64,000 nucleotides of DNA from the human T2T-CHM13v2.0 reference genome, Homo sapiens. Position 1 is the first letter of the stretch; each line of letters starts with the position of its first letter. Of the stretch, positions 43,090 through 57,991 are shown piece after piece. The position numbers were made by a program, and so were the translations under genes. The DNA is taken from the NCBI RefSeq assembly GCF_009914755.1, contig NC_060933.1. The stretch is one strand, 5' to 3'. The notes under the pieces were generated by a model, which saw nothing but the letters and a program-made list of their open reading frames with translations, did not search any database and was not told where the DNA came from.

Positions 43090-46000
43090 CAATGGAATGG
43101 AATGGAATGGAATGGAATGGAATGGAATGGAATGGAATGATACGGAATGGAATGGAATGGAACGAAATGGCATGGAATGGAATGGAATGGAATGGAATGG
43201 AATGGAATCGTTCCGAGGGGAATAGGAGGGAATGTACTCGAGTGGAATGGAAAGGAATGGAATCAACCAGAGTGGAATGGAAGGGAATGGAATGGAATGG
43301 AAACTAATAGAATGGAATCAACCCGAGTGGAATGGAATGGAAAGGACTGGAATGGAATGGAATGGAATGGAATGGAATCAACTCGATTGTAATGGAATGG
43401 AATGGAATGGAATGGAATGGAATGGAATAGAATTAACCCGAATACAATGGAATGGAATGGAATGGAACGGAATGGAGTGGAATGGAATGGAATCAACCCG
43501 AGTGCAGGGGAATGGAATGGAATGGAATGCAATGGAATGGAATCATCCGGAATGGAATGGAATGGAATGGAATGCAAAGCAATGGAATCAACTCGATTGC
43601 AATGGAATGGAATGGAATGGAAAGGAATACATTGGAATCAACACGAGTGGAATGGAATGGAAAGGACTGGAATGGAGTGGAATGGAATGGAATGGAATGG
43701 AATGGAATCAACTCGATTGGAATGGAATGGAATGGAATGGAATGGAATGGAATGGAATGGAATTAACCCGAATAGAATGGAATGGAATGGAATGGAACGG
43801 AACGGAATGGAATGGAATGGAATGGAATGGAATGGAATGGAATGGAAACAACCCGACTGCAGGGGAATGGAATGGAATGGAATGCAATGGAATGGATTCA
43901 ACTTGAATGGAATGGAAAGAATGGAATCAACACGAGTGGAATGGCATGGATTGGAATGGAATGGAATGGAATCAACCCGAGTACAGGGGAATGGAATGGA
44001 ATGGAATGCAATGGAATGGAATCATCCGTAATTGAATGGAAAGGAATGGAATGGAATGGAATGGAATGGAATGGAATCAACTCGATTGCAATCGAACGGA
44101 ATGGAATGGAATTAACCCGAATAGAATGGAATGGAATGGAATGGAACGGAACGGAACGGAATGGAATGGATTGGAATGGAACGGAATGGAATGGAATGGA
44201 ACGGAAAGGAATGGAATGGAATGGAATGGAATGGAATGGAATGGAATGGAATCAACGCAAGTGCAGGGGAATGGAATGGAACGGAATGCAATGGAATGGA
44301 ATCTTCCGGAATGGAATGGAATGGAATGGAATGGAATGGAATAAAACCGAGTGCAATGGAATGGAGTGGAATGGAATGGAATGGAATGGAATAACCCGAA
44401 TGGAATAGAATGTAATGGAGAGTAAGGGAGTTGAATAGAATCAATCCGAATGTAATGGAATGGAATGGAACGGAATGGAATTGAATGGAATGGAATGGAA
44501 TGCAATGGAATGGAATCAACCCGAGTTCCTTGGAATGGAGAGGAATGGAATGGAATGGAATGGAAACTACCCGAATGGAATGGAATGTAATGGAGTGTAA
44601 CGGAATTGAATAGAATCAATCCGAATGTAATGGAATGGAATGGAACGGAATGGAATGGAATGGAATGGAATGGAATGGAATGGAATGGAATGGAATGATA
44701 CGGAATGGAATGGAATGGAACGAAATGGCATGGAATGGAATGGAATGGAATGGAATGGAATGGAATCGTTCCGAGGGGAATAGGAGGGAATGTATTCGAG
44801 TGGAATGGAAAGGAATGGAATCAACCAGAGTGGAATGGAAGGGAATGGAATGGAATGGAAACTAATAGAATGGAATCAACCCGAGTGGAATGGAATGGAA
44901 AGGACTGGAATGGAATGGAATGGAATGGAATCAACTCGATTGTAATGGAATGGAATGGAATGGAATGGAATGGAATGGAATGGAATAGAATTAACCCGAA
45001 TACAATGGAATGGAATGGAATGGAACGGAATGGAGTGGAATGGAATGGAATCAACCCGAGTGCAGGGGAATGGAATGGAATGGAATGCAATGGAATGGAA
45101 TCATCCGGAATGGAATGGAATGGAATGGAATGCAAAGCAATGGAATCAACTCGATTGCAATGGAATGGAATGGAATGGAAAGGAATAAATTGGAATCAAC
45201 CCGAGTGGAATGGAATGGAAAGGACTGAAATGGAGTGGAATGGAATGGAATGGAATGGAATGGAATCAACTCGATTGGAATGGAATGGAATGGAATGGAA
45301 TGGAATGGAATGGAATGGAATTAACCCGAATAGAATGGAATGGAATGGAATGGAACGGAACGGAATGGAATGGAATGGATTGGAATGGAATGGAATGGAA
45401 TGGAAACAACCCGACTGCAGGGGAATGGAATGGAATGGAATGCAATGGAATGGATTCAACTTGAATGGAATGGAAAGAATGGAATCAACACGAGTGGAAT
45501 GGCATGGATTGGAATGGAATGGAATGGAATCAACCCGAGTACAGGGGAATGGAATGGAATGGAATGCAATGGAATGGAATCATCCGTAATGGAATGGAAA
45601 GGAATGGAATGGAATGGAATGGAATGGAATGGAATGGAATCAACTCGATTGCAATCGAACGGAATGGAATGGAATTAACCCGAATAGAATGGAATGGAAT
45701 GGAATGGAACGGAACGGAACGGAATGGAATGGATTGGAATGGAACGGAATGGAATGGAATGGAACGGAAAGGAATGGAATGGAATGGAATGGAATGGAAT
45801 GGAATGGAATGGAATCAACGCCAGTGCAGGGGAATGGAATGGAACGGAATGCAATGGAATGGAATCTTCCGGAATGGAATGGAATGGAATGGAATGGAAT
45901 GGAATAAACCCGAGTGCAATGGAATGGAGTGGAATGGAATGGAATGGAATGGAACAACCCGAATGGAATGGAATGTAATGGAGAGTAAGGGAGTTGAATA

Positions 46001-46210
46001 GAATCAATCCGAATGTAATGGAATGGAATGGAACGGAATGGAATTGAATGGAATGGAATGGAGTGCAATGGAATGGAATCAACCCGAGTTCCTTGGAATG
46101 GAGAGGAATGGAATGGAATGGAATGGAAACTACCCGAATGGAATGGAATGTAATGGAGTGTAACGGAATTGAATAGAATCAATCCGAATGTAATGGAATG
46201 GAATGGAACG
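43090..46210 (+). repeat. ~1.56 kb tandem duplication (two copies)
   Basis: ORF offsets 43263/44821 and 43638/45196 (1558), 44112/45675 (1563). Private markers CCGAGTTCCTTGG (44521/46084), GTGTAACGGAATT (44595/46158), CGTTCCGAGGGG (43209/44767). Confidence 0.92.
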
Positions 46211-47199
46211 GAATGGAATGGAATGGAATGGAATGGAATGGAATGCAATGGAATGGAATCAACCCGAGTGCAATCGAATGGAATCGAATGAAATGGAATG
46301 CAATGGAATGGATTCAACTTCAATGGAATGGAAAGAATTGAATCAACACGAGTGGAATGGCATGGATTGGAATGGAATGGAATGGAATCAACCCGAGTAC
46401 AGGGGAATGGAATGGAATGGAATGCAATGGAATGGAATCATCCGTAATGGAATGGAAGGGAATGGAATGGAATGGAATGGAATGGAATGGAATGGAATGG
46501 AATCAACTCGATTGCAATCGAATGGAATGGAATGGAATTAACCCGAATAGAATGGAATGGAATGGAATGGAACGGAACGGAATGGAATGGAATGGAATGG
46601 AATGGAAAGGAACGGAAAGGAAGGGAATGGAATGGAATAGAATGGAATGGAATGGAATAAACGCGAGTGCAGGGGAATGGCATGGAATGGAATGCAATGG
46701 AATGGAATCTTCCGGAATGGAATGGAATGGAATGGAATGGAATGGAATGGAATGGAATGGAATCAACCCGAGTGCAATGGAATGGAGTGGAATGGAATGG
46801 AATGGAATGGAACAACCCGAATGGAATGGAATGTAATGGAGAGTAAGGGAGTTGAATAGAATCAATCCGAATGTAATGGAATGGAATGGAACGGAATGGA
46901 ATTGAATGGAATGGAATGGAATGCAATGGAATGGAATCAACCCGAGTGCAATGGAATGGAGAGGAATGGAATGGAATGGAATGGAAACAACCCGAATGGA
47001 ATGGAATGTAATGGAGTGTAAGGGAATTGAATAGAATCAATCCGAATGTAATGGAAAGGAATGGAACGGAATGGAATGGAATGGAATGGAATCAACCCGA
47101 GTGCAATCAAATGGAATGGAATGGAATGGAATGCAATGGAACTGAATCAACCCGAGTACAATGGAATGGAATGGAATGGAATGGAATGGAATGGAATGG

Positions 47200-48530
47200 A
47201 ATGGAATGATACGGAATAGAATGGAATGGAACGAAATGGAATGGAATGGAATGGAATGGAATGGAATGGAATGGAATGGAATCGTTCCGAGTGGAATAGG
47301 AGGGAATGTATTCGAGTGGAATGGAAAGGAATGGAATCAACCAGAGTGGAATGGAAGGGAATGGAATGGAATGGAAACTAATAGAATGGAATCAACCCGA
47401 GAGGAATGGAATGGAAAAGAGTGGAATGGAATGGAATGGAATGGAATCAACTCGATTGTAATGGAATGGAATGGAATGGAATGGAATTAACCCGAATGGA
47501 ATGGAATGGAATGGAATGGAATGGAAAGAAAAGGAAGGGAATGGAATGGAATAGAATGGAATGGAATGGAAACAACGCGAGTGCAGGGGAATGGAATGGA
47601 ATCTTCCGGAATGGAATGGAATGGAATGGAATGGAATGGAATGGAATGGAATCAACCCGAGTGCAATGGAATGGAGTGGAATGGATTGGAATGGAATGGA
47701 ACAACCCGAATGGAATGGAATGTAATGGAGAGTAAGGGAGTTGAATAGAATGAATCCGAATGTAATGGAATGGAATGGAACGGAATGGAATGGAATGGAA
47801 TGGAATGGAATGGAATGGAATGGAATCAACCCGAGTTCAATGGAATGGAATGGAATGGAATGATACGGAATAGAATGGAATGGAACGAAATGGAATGGAA
47901 TGGAATGGAATGGAAGGGAATTGAATGGAATGGAATGATACGGAATAGAATGGAATGGAACGAAATGGAATGGAATGGAATGGAATGGAATGGAATGGAA
48001 TGGAATGGAATCGTTCCGAGTGGAATAGGAGGGAATGTATTCGAGTGGAATGGAAAGGAATGGAATCAACCAGAGTGGAATTGAAGGGAATGGAATGGAA
48101 TGGAAACTAATAGAATGGAATCAACCCGAGAGGAATGGAATGGAAAAGACTGGAATGGAATGGAATGGAATGGAATCAACTCGATTGTAATGGAATGGAA
48201 TGGAATGGAATGGAATTAACCCGAATAGAATGGAATGGAATGGAATGGAATGGAATGGAACGAAAAGGAAGGGAATGGAATGGAATAGAATGGAATGGAA
48301 TGGAATCAACGCGAGTGCAGGGGAATGGAATGGAATGGAATGCAATGGAATGGAATCTTCCGGAATGGAATGGAATGCAATGGAATGGAATGGAATGGAA
48401 TGGAATCAACCCGAGTGCAATGGAATGGAGTGGAATGGAATGGAATGGAATGGAACAACCCGAATGGAATGGAATGTAATGGAGAGTAAGGGAGTTGAAT
48501 AGAATGAATCCGAATGTAATGGAATGGAAA
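47200..48530 (+). repeat. ~729 bp tandem duplication
   Basis: ORF offsets 47392/48121 and 47406/48135 (729). Private markers CAACCCGAGAGGAATGGAATGGAAAAGA (47393/48122) and AGAATGAATCCG (47747/48501). Confidence 0.87.
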
Positions 48531-51500
48531 GGAACGGAACGGAACGGAATGGAATGGAATGGAATGGAATGGAATGGAATCAACTCGAGTGCAGGGGAAT
48601 GGATTGGAATGGAATGCAATGGAATGGAATCTTCCGGAATGGAATGGAATGGAATGTAATGGAATGAAACGCAATGGGTTCAACTCGATTGCAATGGAAT
48701 GGAATAGAATGGAATGGAATGGAATGGAATGGAAGTAATTCGAATAGAATGGAATGGAATGTAATGGAACGGAATGGAACGGAATGGAATGGAATGGAAT
48801 GGAATGGTATGGAACAGAATGGAATGGTACGGAATAGAATGGAATGGAACGAATAGTAATGGAATGGAATTGAATGGAATGGAATGGAATGGAATGGAAT
48901 CAACGCGAGTGCAGGGGAATGTAATGGAACGGAATGCAATGGAATGGAATCATCCGCAATGGAATGGAATGGAATGGAATGGAATGGAATGGAATGGAAT
49001 GGAATCAACCCGAGTGCAATGGAATGGAGTGGAATGGAATGGAATGGAATGGAATGGAATGGAATGGAATCGTTCCGAGGGGAATAGGAGGGAATGTATT
49101 CGAGTGGAATGGAAAGGAATGGAATCATCCAGAGTGGAATGGAAGGGAATGGAATGGAATGGAAACTAATAGAATGGAATCAACCCGAGTGGAATGGAAT
49201 GGAAGGGACTGGAATGGAATGGAATGGAATGGAATCAACTCGATTGTAATGGAATGGAATGGAATGGAATGGAATGGAATTAACCCGAATACAATGGAAT
49301 GGAATGGAATGGAACGGAATGGAGTGGAATGGAATGGAATCAACCCGAGTGCAGGGGAATGGAATGGAATGGAATGCAATGGAATGGAATCCTCCGGAAT
49401 GGAATGGAATGGAATGGAATGCAAAGCAATGGAATCAACTCGATTGCAATGGAATGGAATGGAATGGAAAGGAATACATTGGAATCAACCCGACTGGAAT
49501 GGAATGGAAAGGACTGGAATGGAGTGGAATGGAATGGAATGGAATGGAATGGAATCAACTCGATTGGAATGGAATGGAATGGAATGGAATGGAATGGAAT
49601 GGAATGGAATTAACCCGAATAGAATGGAATGGAATGTAATGGAACGGAACGGAATGGAATGGAATGGAATGGAATGGAATGGAATGGAATGGAAACAACC
49701 CGACTGCAGGGGAATGCAATGGAATGGAATGCAATGGAATGGATTCAACTTGAATGGAATGGAAAGAATGGAATCAACACGAGTGGAATGGCATGGATTG
49801 GAATGGAATGGAATGGAATCAACCCGAGTACAGGGGAATGGAATGGAATGGAATGCAATGGAATGGAATCATCCGTAATGGAATGGAAAGGAATGGAATG
49901 GAATGGAATGGAATCAACTCGATTGCAATTGAACGGAATGGAATGGAATTAACCCGAATAGAATGGAATGGAATGGAATGGAACGGAACGAAACGGAATG
50001 GAATGGATTGGAATGGAACGGAATGGAATGGAATGGAACGGAAAGGAATGGAATGGAATGGAATGGAATGGAATGGAATGGAATGGAATCAACGCAAGTG
50101 CAGGGGAATGGAATGGAATGGAATGGAATGGAAAGAACCCGACAGCAGGGGAATGGAATGGAATGGAATGGAAACAACCTGACTGCAGGGGAATGGAATG
50201 GAATGGAATGCAAAGGAATGGATTCAACTTGAATGAAATGGAAAGAATGGAATCAACACGAGTGGAAATGCATGGATTGGAATGGAATGGAATGGAATCA
50301 ACCCGAGTACAGAGGAATGGAATGGAATGGAATGCAATGGAATGGAATCATCCGTAATGGAATGGAAAGGAATGGAATGGAATGGAATGGAATGGAATCA
50401 ACTCGATTGCAATCGAACGGAATGGAATGGAATTAACCCGAATAGAATAGAATGGAATGGAATGGAACGGAACGGAACGGAATGGAATGGATTGGAATGG
50501 AATGAAATGGAATGGAATGGAACGGAAAGGAATGGAATGGAATGGAATGGAATGGAATCAACGCGAGTGCAGGGGAATGGAATGGAATGGAATGCAATGG
50601 AATGGAATCTTCCGGAATGGAATGGAATGGAATGGAATGGAATGGAATAAACCCGAGTGCAATGGAATGGAGTGGAATGGAATGGAATGGAATGGAACAA
50701 CACGAATGGAATGTAATGTAATGGAGAGTAAGGGAGTTGAATAGAATCAATCCGAATGTAATGGAATGGAATGGAACGGAATGGAATGGAATGGAATGGA
50801 ATGGAATGGAATGGAATGGAATCAACCCGAGTTCAATGGAATGGAGAGGAATGGAATGGAATGGAATGGAAACTACAGGAATGGAATGGAATGTAATGGA
50901 GTCTAAGGGAATTGAATAGAATCAATCCGAATGTAATGGAATGGAATGGAACAGAATGGAATGGAATGGAATGGAATGGAATGCAGTGGAATGGAATCAA
51001 CCCGAGTGCAATCGAATGGAATCGAATGGAATGGAATGCAATGGAATGGATTCAACTTGAATGGAATGGAAAGAATGGAATCAACACGAGTGGAATGGCA
51101 TGGATGGGAATGTAATGGAACGGAATCAACCCGAGTACAGCGGAATGGAATGGAATGGAATGCAATGGAATGGAATCATCCGTAATGGAATGGAAAGGAA
51201 TGGAATGGAATGGAATGGAATGGAATGGAATGGAATGGAATCAACTCGATTGCAATCGAATGGAATGGAGTGGAATTAACCCGAATAGAATGGAATGGAA
51301 TGGAACGGAACGGAACGGAATGGAATGGAATGGAATGGAATGGAATGGAACGGAAAGGAAGGGAATGGAATGGAATAGAATGGAATGGAATGGAATCAAC
51401 GCGAGTGCAGGGGAATGGAATGGAATGGAATGGAATGGAATGGAATGGAATGGAATGGAATGGAATCAACCCGAGTGCAATGGAATGGAGTGGAATGGAA

Positions 51501-54500
51501 TGGAATGGAATGGAACAACCCGAAAGGAATGGAATGTAATGGAGAGTAAGGGAGTTGAATAGAATCAATCCGAATGTAATGGAATGGAACGGAATGGAAT
51601 GGAATGGAATGGAATGGAATGGAATGGAATGGAATGCAATGGAATGGAATCAACCCGAGTACAATGGAACGGAATGGAATGGAATGTAATGGAATGGAAT
51701 GGAATGGAATGGAATGGAATGGAAAGGAATGGAATCAACCCGAGTGCAATGGAATGGAGAGGAATGGAATGGAATGGAATGGAAACTACCCGAATGGAAT
51801 GGAATGTAATGGAGCGTAAGGGAATTGAATAGAATCAATCCGAATGGAATGGAATGGAATGGAACGGAATGTAATGGAATGGAATGAAATGGAATCAACC
51901 CGAGTGCAGGCGAATGGAATGAAATGGAATGCAATGTAATGGAATCATCCGGAATGGAATGGAATGGAATGCAATGGAATGGAATGGAATGGAATCAACC
52001 CGAGTGCAATGGAATGGAGTGAAATGGAATGGAATGGAATGGAAACAACCAGAATGGATTGGAATATATTGGAGTGTAAGGGAATTGAATAGAATCAATC
52101 TGAATGTAATGAAATGGAATGGAACGGAATGGAATGGAATGGAATGCAATGCAATGGAACGGTATCAACCCGAGTGCAATCGAATGGAATCGAATGGAAT
52201 GGAATGCAATGGAATGGATTCAACTTGAATGGAAAGGAAAGAATGGAATCAACACGAGTGGAATGGCATGGATTGGAATGGAATGGAATGGAATCAACCC
52301 GAGTACAGGGGAATGGAATGGAATGGAATGCAATAGAATGGAATCATCAGTAATGGAATGGAAAGGAATGGAAAGGACTGGAATGGAATGGAATGTAATG
52401 GAATGGAATGGAATCAACTCGATTGCAATCGAATGGTATGGAATGGAATGGAATCAACTCGATTGCAATCGAATGGAATGGAATGGAATTAACCCGAATA
52501 GAATGGAATGGAATGGTATGGAACGGAACGGAATGGAATGGAATGCAATGGAACGGAAAGGAATGGAATGGAATGGAATGGAATGGAATGGAATGGAATG
52601 GAATCAACGCGCGTGCAGGGGAATGGAATGGAATCGAATGGAATGGAAAGGAATGGAATGGAATCAACCCGAGTGCAGGGGAATGTAATGGAACGGAATG
52701 CAATGGAATGGAATCATCCGGAATGGAATGGAATGGAATCAACCCGAGTGCAATGGAATGGAGTGGAATGGAATGGAATGGAATGGAACAACCCGAATGG
52801 AATGGAATGTAATGGAGAGTAAGGGAGTTGAAAAGAATCAATCCGAATGTAATGGAATGGAATGGAACGGAATGGAATGGAATGGAATGGAATGCAATGG
52901 AATGGAATCAACCCGAGTACAATGGAATGGAATGGAATGGAATGGAATGGAATGGAATGGAATGGAATGGAATGCAATGGAATGGAATCTTCCGGAATGG
53001 AATGGAATGGAATGGAATGGAATGCAATGGATTCAACTCGATAGCAATGGAATGGAATAGAATGGAATGGAATGGAATGGAATGGAATGGAATTAAACCG
53101 AATAGAATGGAATGGAATGGAATGGAACGGAACAGAACGGAAAGGAACGGAACGGAGTGGAATGGAATGGAATGGAATTGTATGGAATGGAATGGAATGG
53201 TACGGAATAGAATGGAATGGAAAGAATTGGAATGGAATGGAATCGAATGGAATGGAATGGAATGGAATGGAATGAACCCGAGTGCAAGGGAATGTAATGG
53301 AACGGAATGCAATGGAATGGAATCATCCGGAATGGAATGGAACGGAATGGAATGGAATGGAATGGAATGGAATGGAATGGAATCAACCCGAGCGCAATGG
53401 AATGGAGTGGAATGGAATGGAATGGAATGGAACAACCCGAATGGAATGGAATGGAATGGAGAGTAAGCGAGTTGAATAGAATAAATCCGAATGTAATGGA
53501 ATGGAACGGAATGGAATGGAATGGAATGGAATGGAATGGAATGGAATGCAATGGAATGGAATCAACCCGAGTACAAAGGAACGGAATGGAATGAAATGTA
53601 ATGGAATGGAATGGAATGGAATGGAATGGAATGGAATCAACCCGAGTGCAATGGAATGGAGAGGAATGGAATGGAATGGAATGCAATGGAATGGAATCAT
53701 CCGGAATGGAATGGAATGCAATGGAATGCAAACCAATGGAATCAACTCGATTACAATGGAATGGAATGGAATGGAAAGGAATACATTGGAATCAACCCGA
53801 GTGGAATGGAATGGAAAGGACTGGAATGGAGTGGAATGGAATGGAATGGAATGGAATGGAATCAACTCGATTGCAATGCAATGGAATGGAATGGAATGGA
53901 ATGGAATGGAATGGAATCAACCCGAGTTCAATGGAATGGAGAGGAATGGAATGGAATGGTATGGAAACTACCCGAATGGAATGGAATGTAATGGAGTCTA
54001 AGGGAATTGAATAGAATCAATCCGAATGTAATGGAATGGAATGGAACGGACTGGAATGGAATGGAATGGAATGGAATGGAATGGAATGGAATGCAGTGGA
54101 ATGGAATCAACCCGACTGCAATCGAATGGAATCGAATGGAATGGAATGCAATGGAATGGATTCAACTTGAATGGAATGGAAAGAATGGAATCAACACGAG
54201 TGGAATGGCATGGATTGGAATGTAATGGAATGGAATCAACCCGAGTACAGCGGAATGGAATGGAATGGAATGCAATGGAATGGAATCATCCATAATGGAA
54301 TGGAAAGGAATGGAATGGAATGGAATGGAATGGAATGGAATGGAATCAACTCGATTGCAATCGAATGGAATGGAGTGCAATTAACCCGAATAGAATGGAA
54401 TGGAATGGAATGGAACGGAACGGAACGGAATGGAATGGAATGGAATGGAATGGAACGGAAAGGAAGGGAATGGAATGGAATAGAATGGAATGGAATGGAA

Positions 54501-57500
54501 TCAACGCGAGTGCAGGGGAATGGAATGGAATGGAATGCAATGGAATGGAATCTTCCGGAATGGAATGGAATGGAATGGAATGGAATTGAATGGAATCAAC
54601 CCGATTGCAATGGAATGGAGTGGAATGGAATGGAATGGAATGGAACAACCCGAATGGAATGGAATGTAATGGAGAGTAAGGGAGTTGAATAGAATCAATC
54701 CGAATGTAATGGAATGGAATGGAACGGAATGGAATTGAATGGAATGGAATGGAATGCAATGGAATGGAATCAACCCGAGTGCAATGGAATGGAGAGGAAT
54801 GGAATGGAATGCAATGGAAACTACGCGAATGGAATGTAATGGAGTGTAAGGGAGTTGAATAGAATCAATCCGAATGTAATGGAATGGAATGGAACGGAAT
54901 GGAATGGAATGGAATGGAATGGAATGGAATGGAATGCAATGGAATGGAATCAACCTGAGTGCAATCAAATGGAATCGAATGGAATGGAATGCAATGGAAT
55001 GGATTCAACTTGAATGGAATGGAAAGAATGGAATCAACACGAGTGGAATGGCATGGATTGGAATGGAATGGAATGGAATCAACCCGAGTACATGGGAATG
55101 GAATGGAATGGAATGCAATGGAATGGAATAAACCGTAATGGAATGGAAAGGAATGGAATGGAATGGAATGGAATGGAATGGAATGGAATGGAATCAACTC
55201 GATTGCAATCGAATGGAATGGAATGGAATTAACCCGAATAGAATGGAATGGAATGGAATGGAACGGAACGGAATGGAATGGAATGGAATGGAATGGAATG
55301 CAACGGAACGGAATGGAATGGAATGGAATGGAATGGAATCCACGCGAGTGCAGGGGAATGTAATGGAATGGAATGCAATGGAATGGAATCTTCCGGAATG
55401 GAATGGAATGGAATGGAATGAAAAGTAATGGATTCAACTCGATTGCAATGGAATGGAATAGAATGGAATGGAATAGAATGGAATTAATCCGAATAGAATG
55501 GAATGGAATGCAATGGAACGGAATGGAACGGAATGGAATGGAATGGAATAGAATGGAATTGTATGGAATGGAATGGAATGGTACGGAATAGAATGGAATG
55601 GAACGAATTGTAATGGAATGGAATTGAATGGAATGGTATGGAATGGAATGGAATGGAATCAACGCGAGTGCAGGGGAATGTAATGGAAAGGAATGCAATG
55701 GAATGGAATCATCCGGAATGGATTGGAATGGAATGGAATGGAATGGAATCAACCCGAGTGCAATGGAATGGAATGGAATGGAATGGAACAACCAGAATGG
55801 AATGGAATGTAATGGAGAGTAAGGGAGTTGAATAGAATCAATCCGAAAGTAATGGAATGGAATGCAACGGAATGGAATGGAATGGAATGGAATGGAATGC
55901 AATGGAATTGAATCAACACGAGTACAATGGAATGGAATGGAATGGAATGGAATGGAATGGAATGGAATGATACGGAATAGAATGGAATGGAACGAAATGG
56001 AATCGAATGGAATGGAATGGAATGGAATGGAATGGAATGGAATCAACCCGAGTGCAGGGGAATGGAATGGAATGGAATGCAATGGAATGGAATCATCCGG
56101 AATGGAATGGAATGGAATGGAATGCAAAGCAATGGAATCAACTCGATTGCAATGGAATGGAATGGAATGGAAAGGAATACATTGGAATCAACCCGAGTGG
56201 AATGGAATGGAAAGGACTGGAATGGAGTGGAATGGAATGGAATGGAATGGAATGGAATCAACTCGATTGGAATGGAATGGAATGGAATGGAATGGAATTA
56301 ACCCGAATAGAATGGAATGGAATGGAATGGAACGGAACGGAATGCAATGGAATGGAATGGAATGGAATGGAATGGAATGGAATGGAATCAACCCGACTGC
56401 AGGGGAATGGAATGGAATGGAAGGCAATGGAATGGAATCATCCGGAATGGAATGGAATGGAATGCAATGGAATGGAATGGAATGGAATCAACCCGAGTGC
56501 AATGGAATGGAGTGAAATGGAATGGAATGGAATGGACACAACCAGAATGGATTGGAATATAATGGAGTGTAAGGGAATTGAATAGAATCAATCTGAATGT
56601 AATGAAATGGAATGGAACGGAATGGAATGGAATGGAATGGAATGGAATGCAATGGAATGGAATCAACCCGAGTGCAATCGAATGGAATCGAATGGAATGG
56701 AATGCAATGGAATGGATTCAAATTGAATGGAATGGAAAGAATGGAATCAACACGAGTGGAATGGCATGGATTGGAATGGAATGGAATGGAATCAACCCGA
56801 GTATAGGGGAATGGAATGGAATGGAATGCAATGGAATGGAATCATCCGTAATGGAATGGAAAGGAATGGAATGGAATGGAAAGGAATGGAATGGAATCAA
56901 CTCGATTGCAATCGAAAGGAATGGAATGGAATTAACCCGAATAGAATGGAATGGAATGGAATGGAACGGAACGGAATGGAATGGAATGGAATGGAATGGA
57001 ATGGAGTGGAAGGGAAAGGAAGGGAAAGGAATGGAATAGAATGGAATGGAATGGAATCAACGCGAGTGCATGGGAATGGAATGGAATGGAATGCAATGGA
57101 ATGGAATCTTCCGGAATGGAATGGAATGGAATGGAATGGAATGGAATGGAATGGAATGGAATGGAATGGAATCAACCAGAGTGCAATGGAATGGAGTGGA
57201 ATGGAATGGAATGGAATGGAACAACCCGAATGGAATGGAATGTAATGCAGAGTAAGGGAGTTGAATAGAATCAATCTGAATGTAATGGAATGGAATGCAA
57301 CGGAATGGAATTGAATGGAATGGAATGGAATGCAATGGAATGGAATCAACCCGAGTGCAATGGAATGGAGAGGAATGGAATGGAATGGAATGGAAAGTAC
57401 CCGAATGGAATGGAATGTAATGGAGTGTAAGGGAATTGAATAGAATCAATCCGAATGTTTGGAATGAAATGGGAACGGAATGGAATGGAATGGAATGGAA

Positions 57501-57991
57501 TGCAATGGAATGCAATGGAATGGAATCAACCCGAGTGCAATCGAATGGAATCGAATGGAATGGAATGCAATGGAATGGATTCAAATTGAATGGAATGGAA
57601 AGAATGGAATCAACACGAGTGGAATGGCATGGATTGGAATGGAATGGAATGGAATCAACCCGAGTACAGGGGAATGGAATGGAATGGAATGCAATGGAAT
57701 GGAATCATCCGTAATGGAATGGAAAGGAATGGAATGGAATGGAATGGAATGGAATCAACTCGATTGCAATCGAATGGAATGGAATGCAATTAACCCGAAT
57801 AGACTGGAATGGAATGGAATGGAACGGAACGGAATGGAATGGAATGGAATGGAATGGAATGGAACGGAAAGGAAGGGAATGGAATGGAATAGAATGGAAT
57901 GGAATGGAATCAACGCGAGTGCAGGGGAATGGAATGGAATGGAATTCAATGGAATGGAATCATCCGGAATGGAATGGAATGGAATGGAAAG

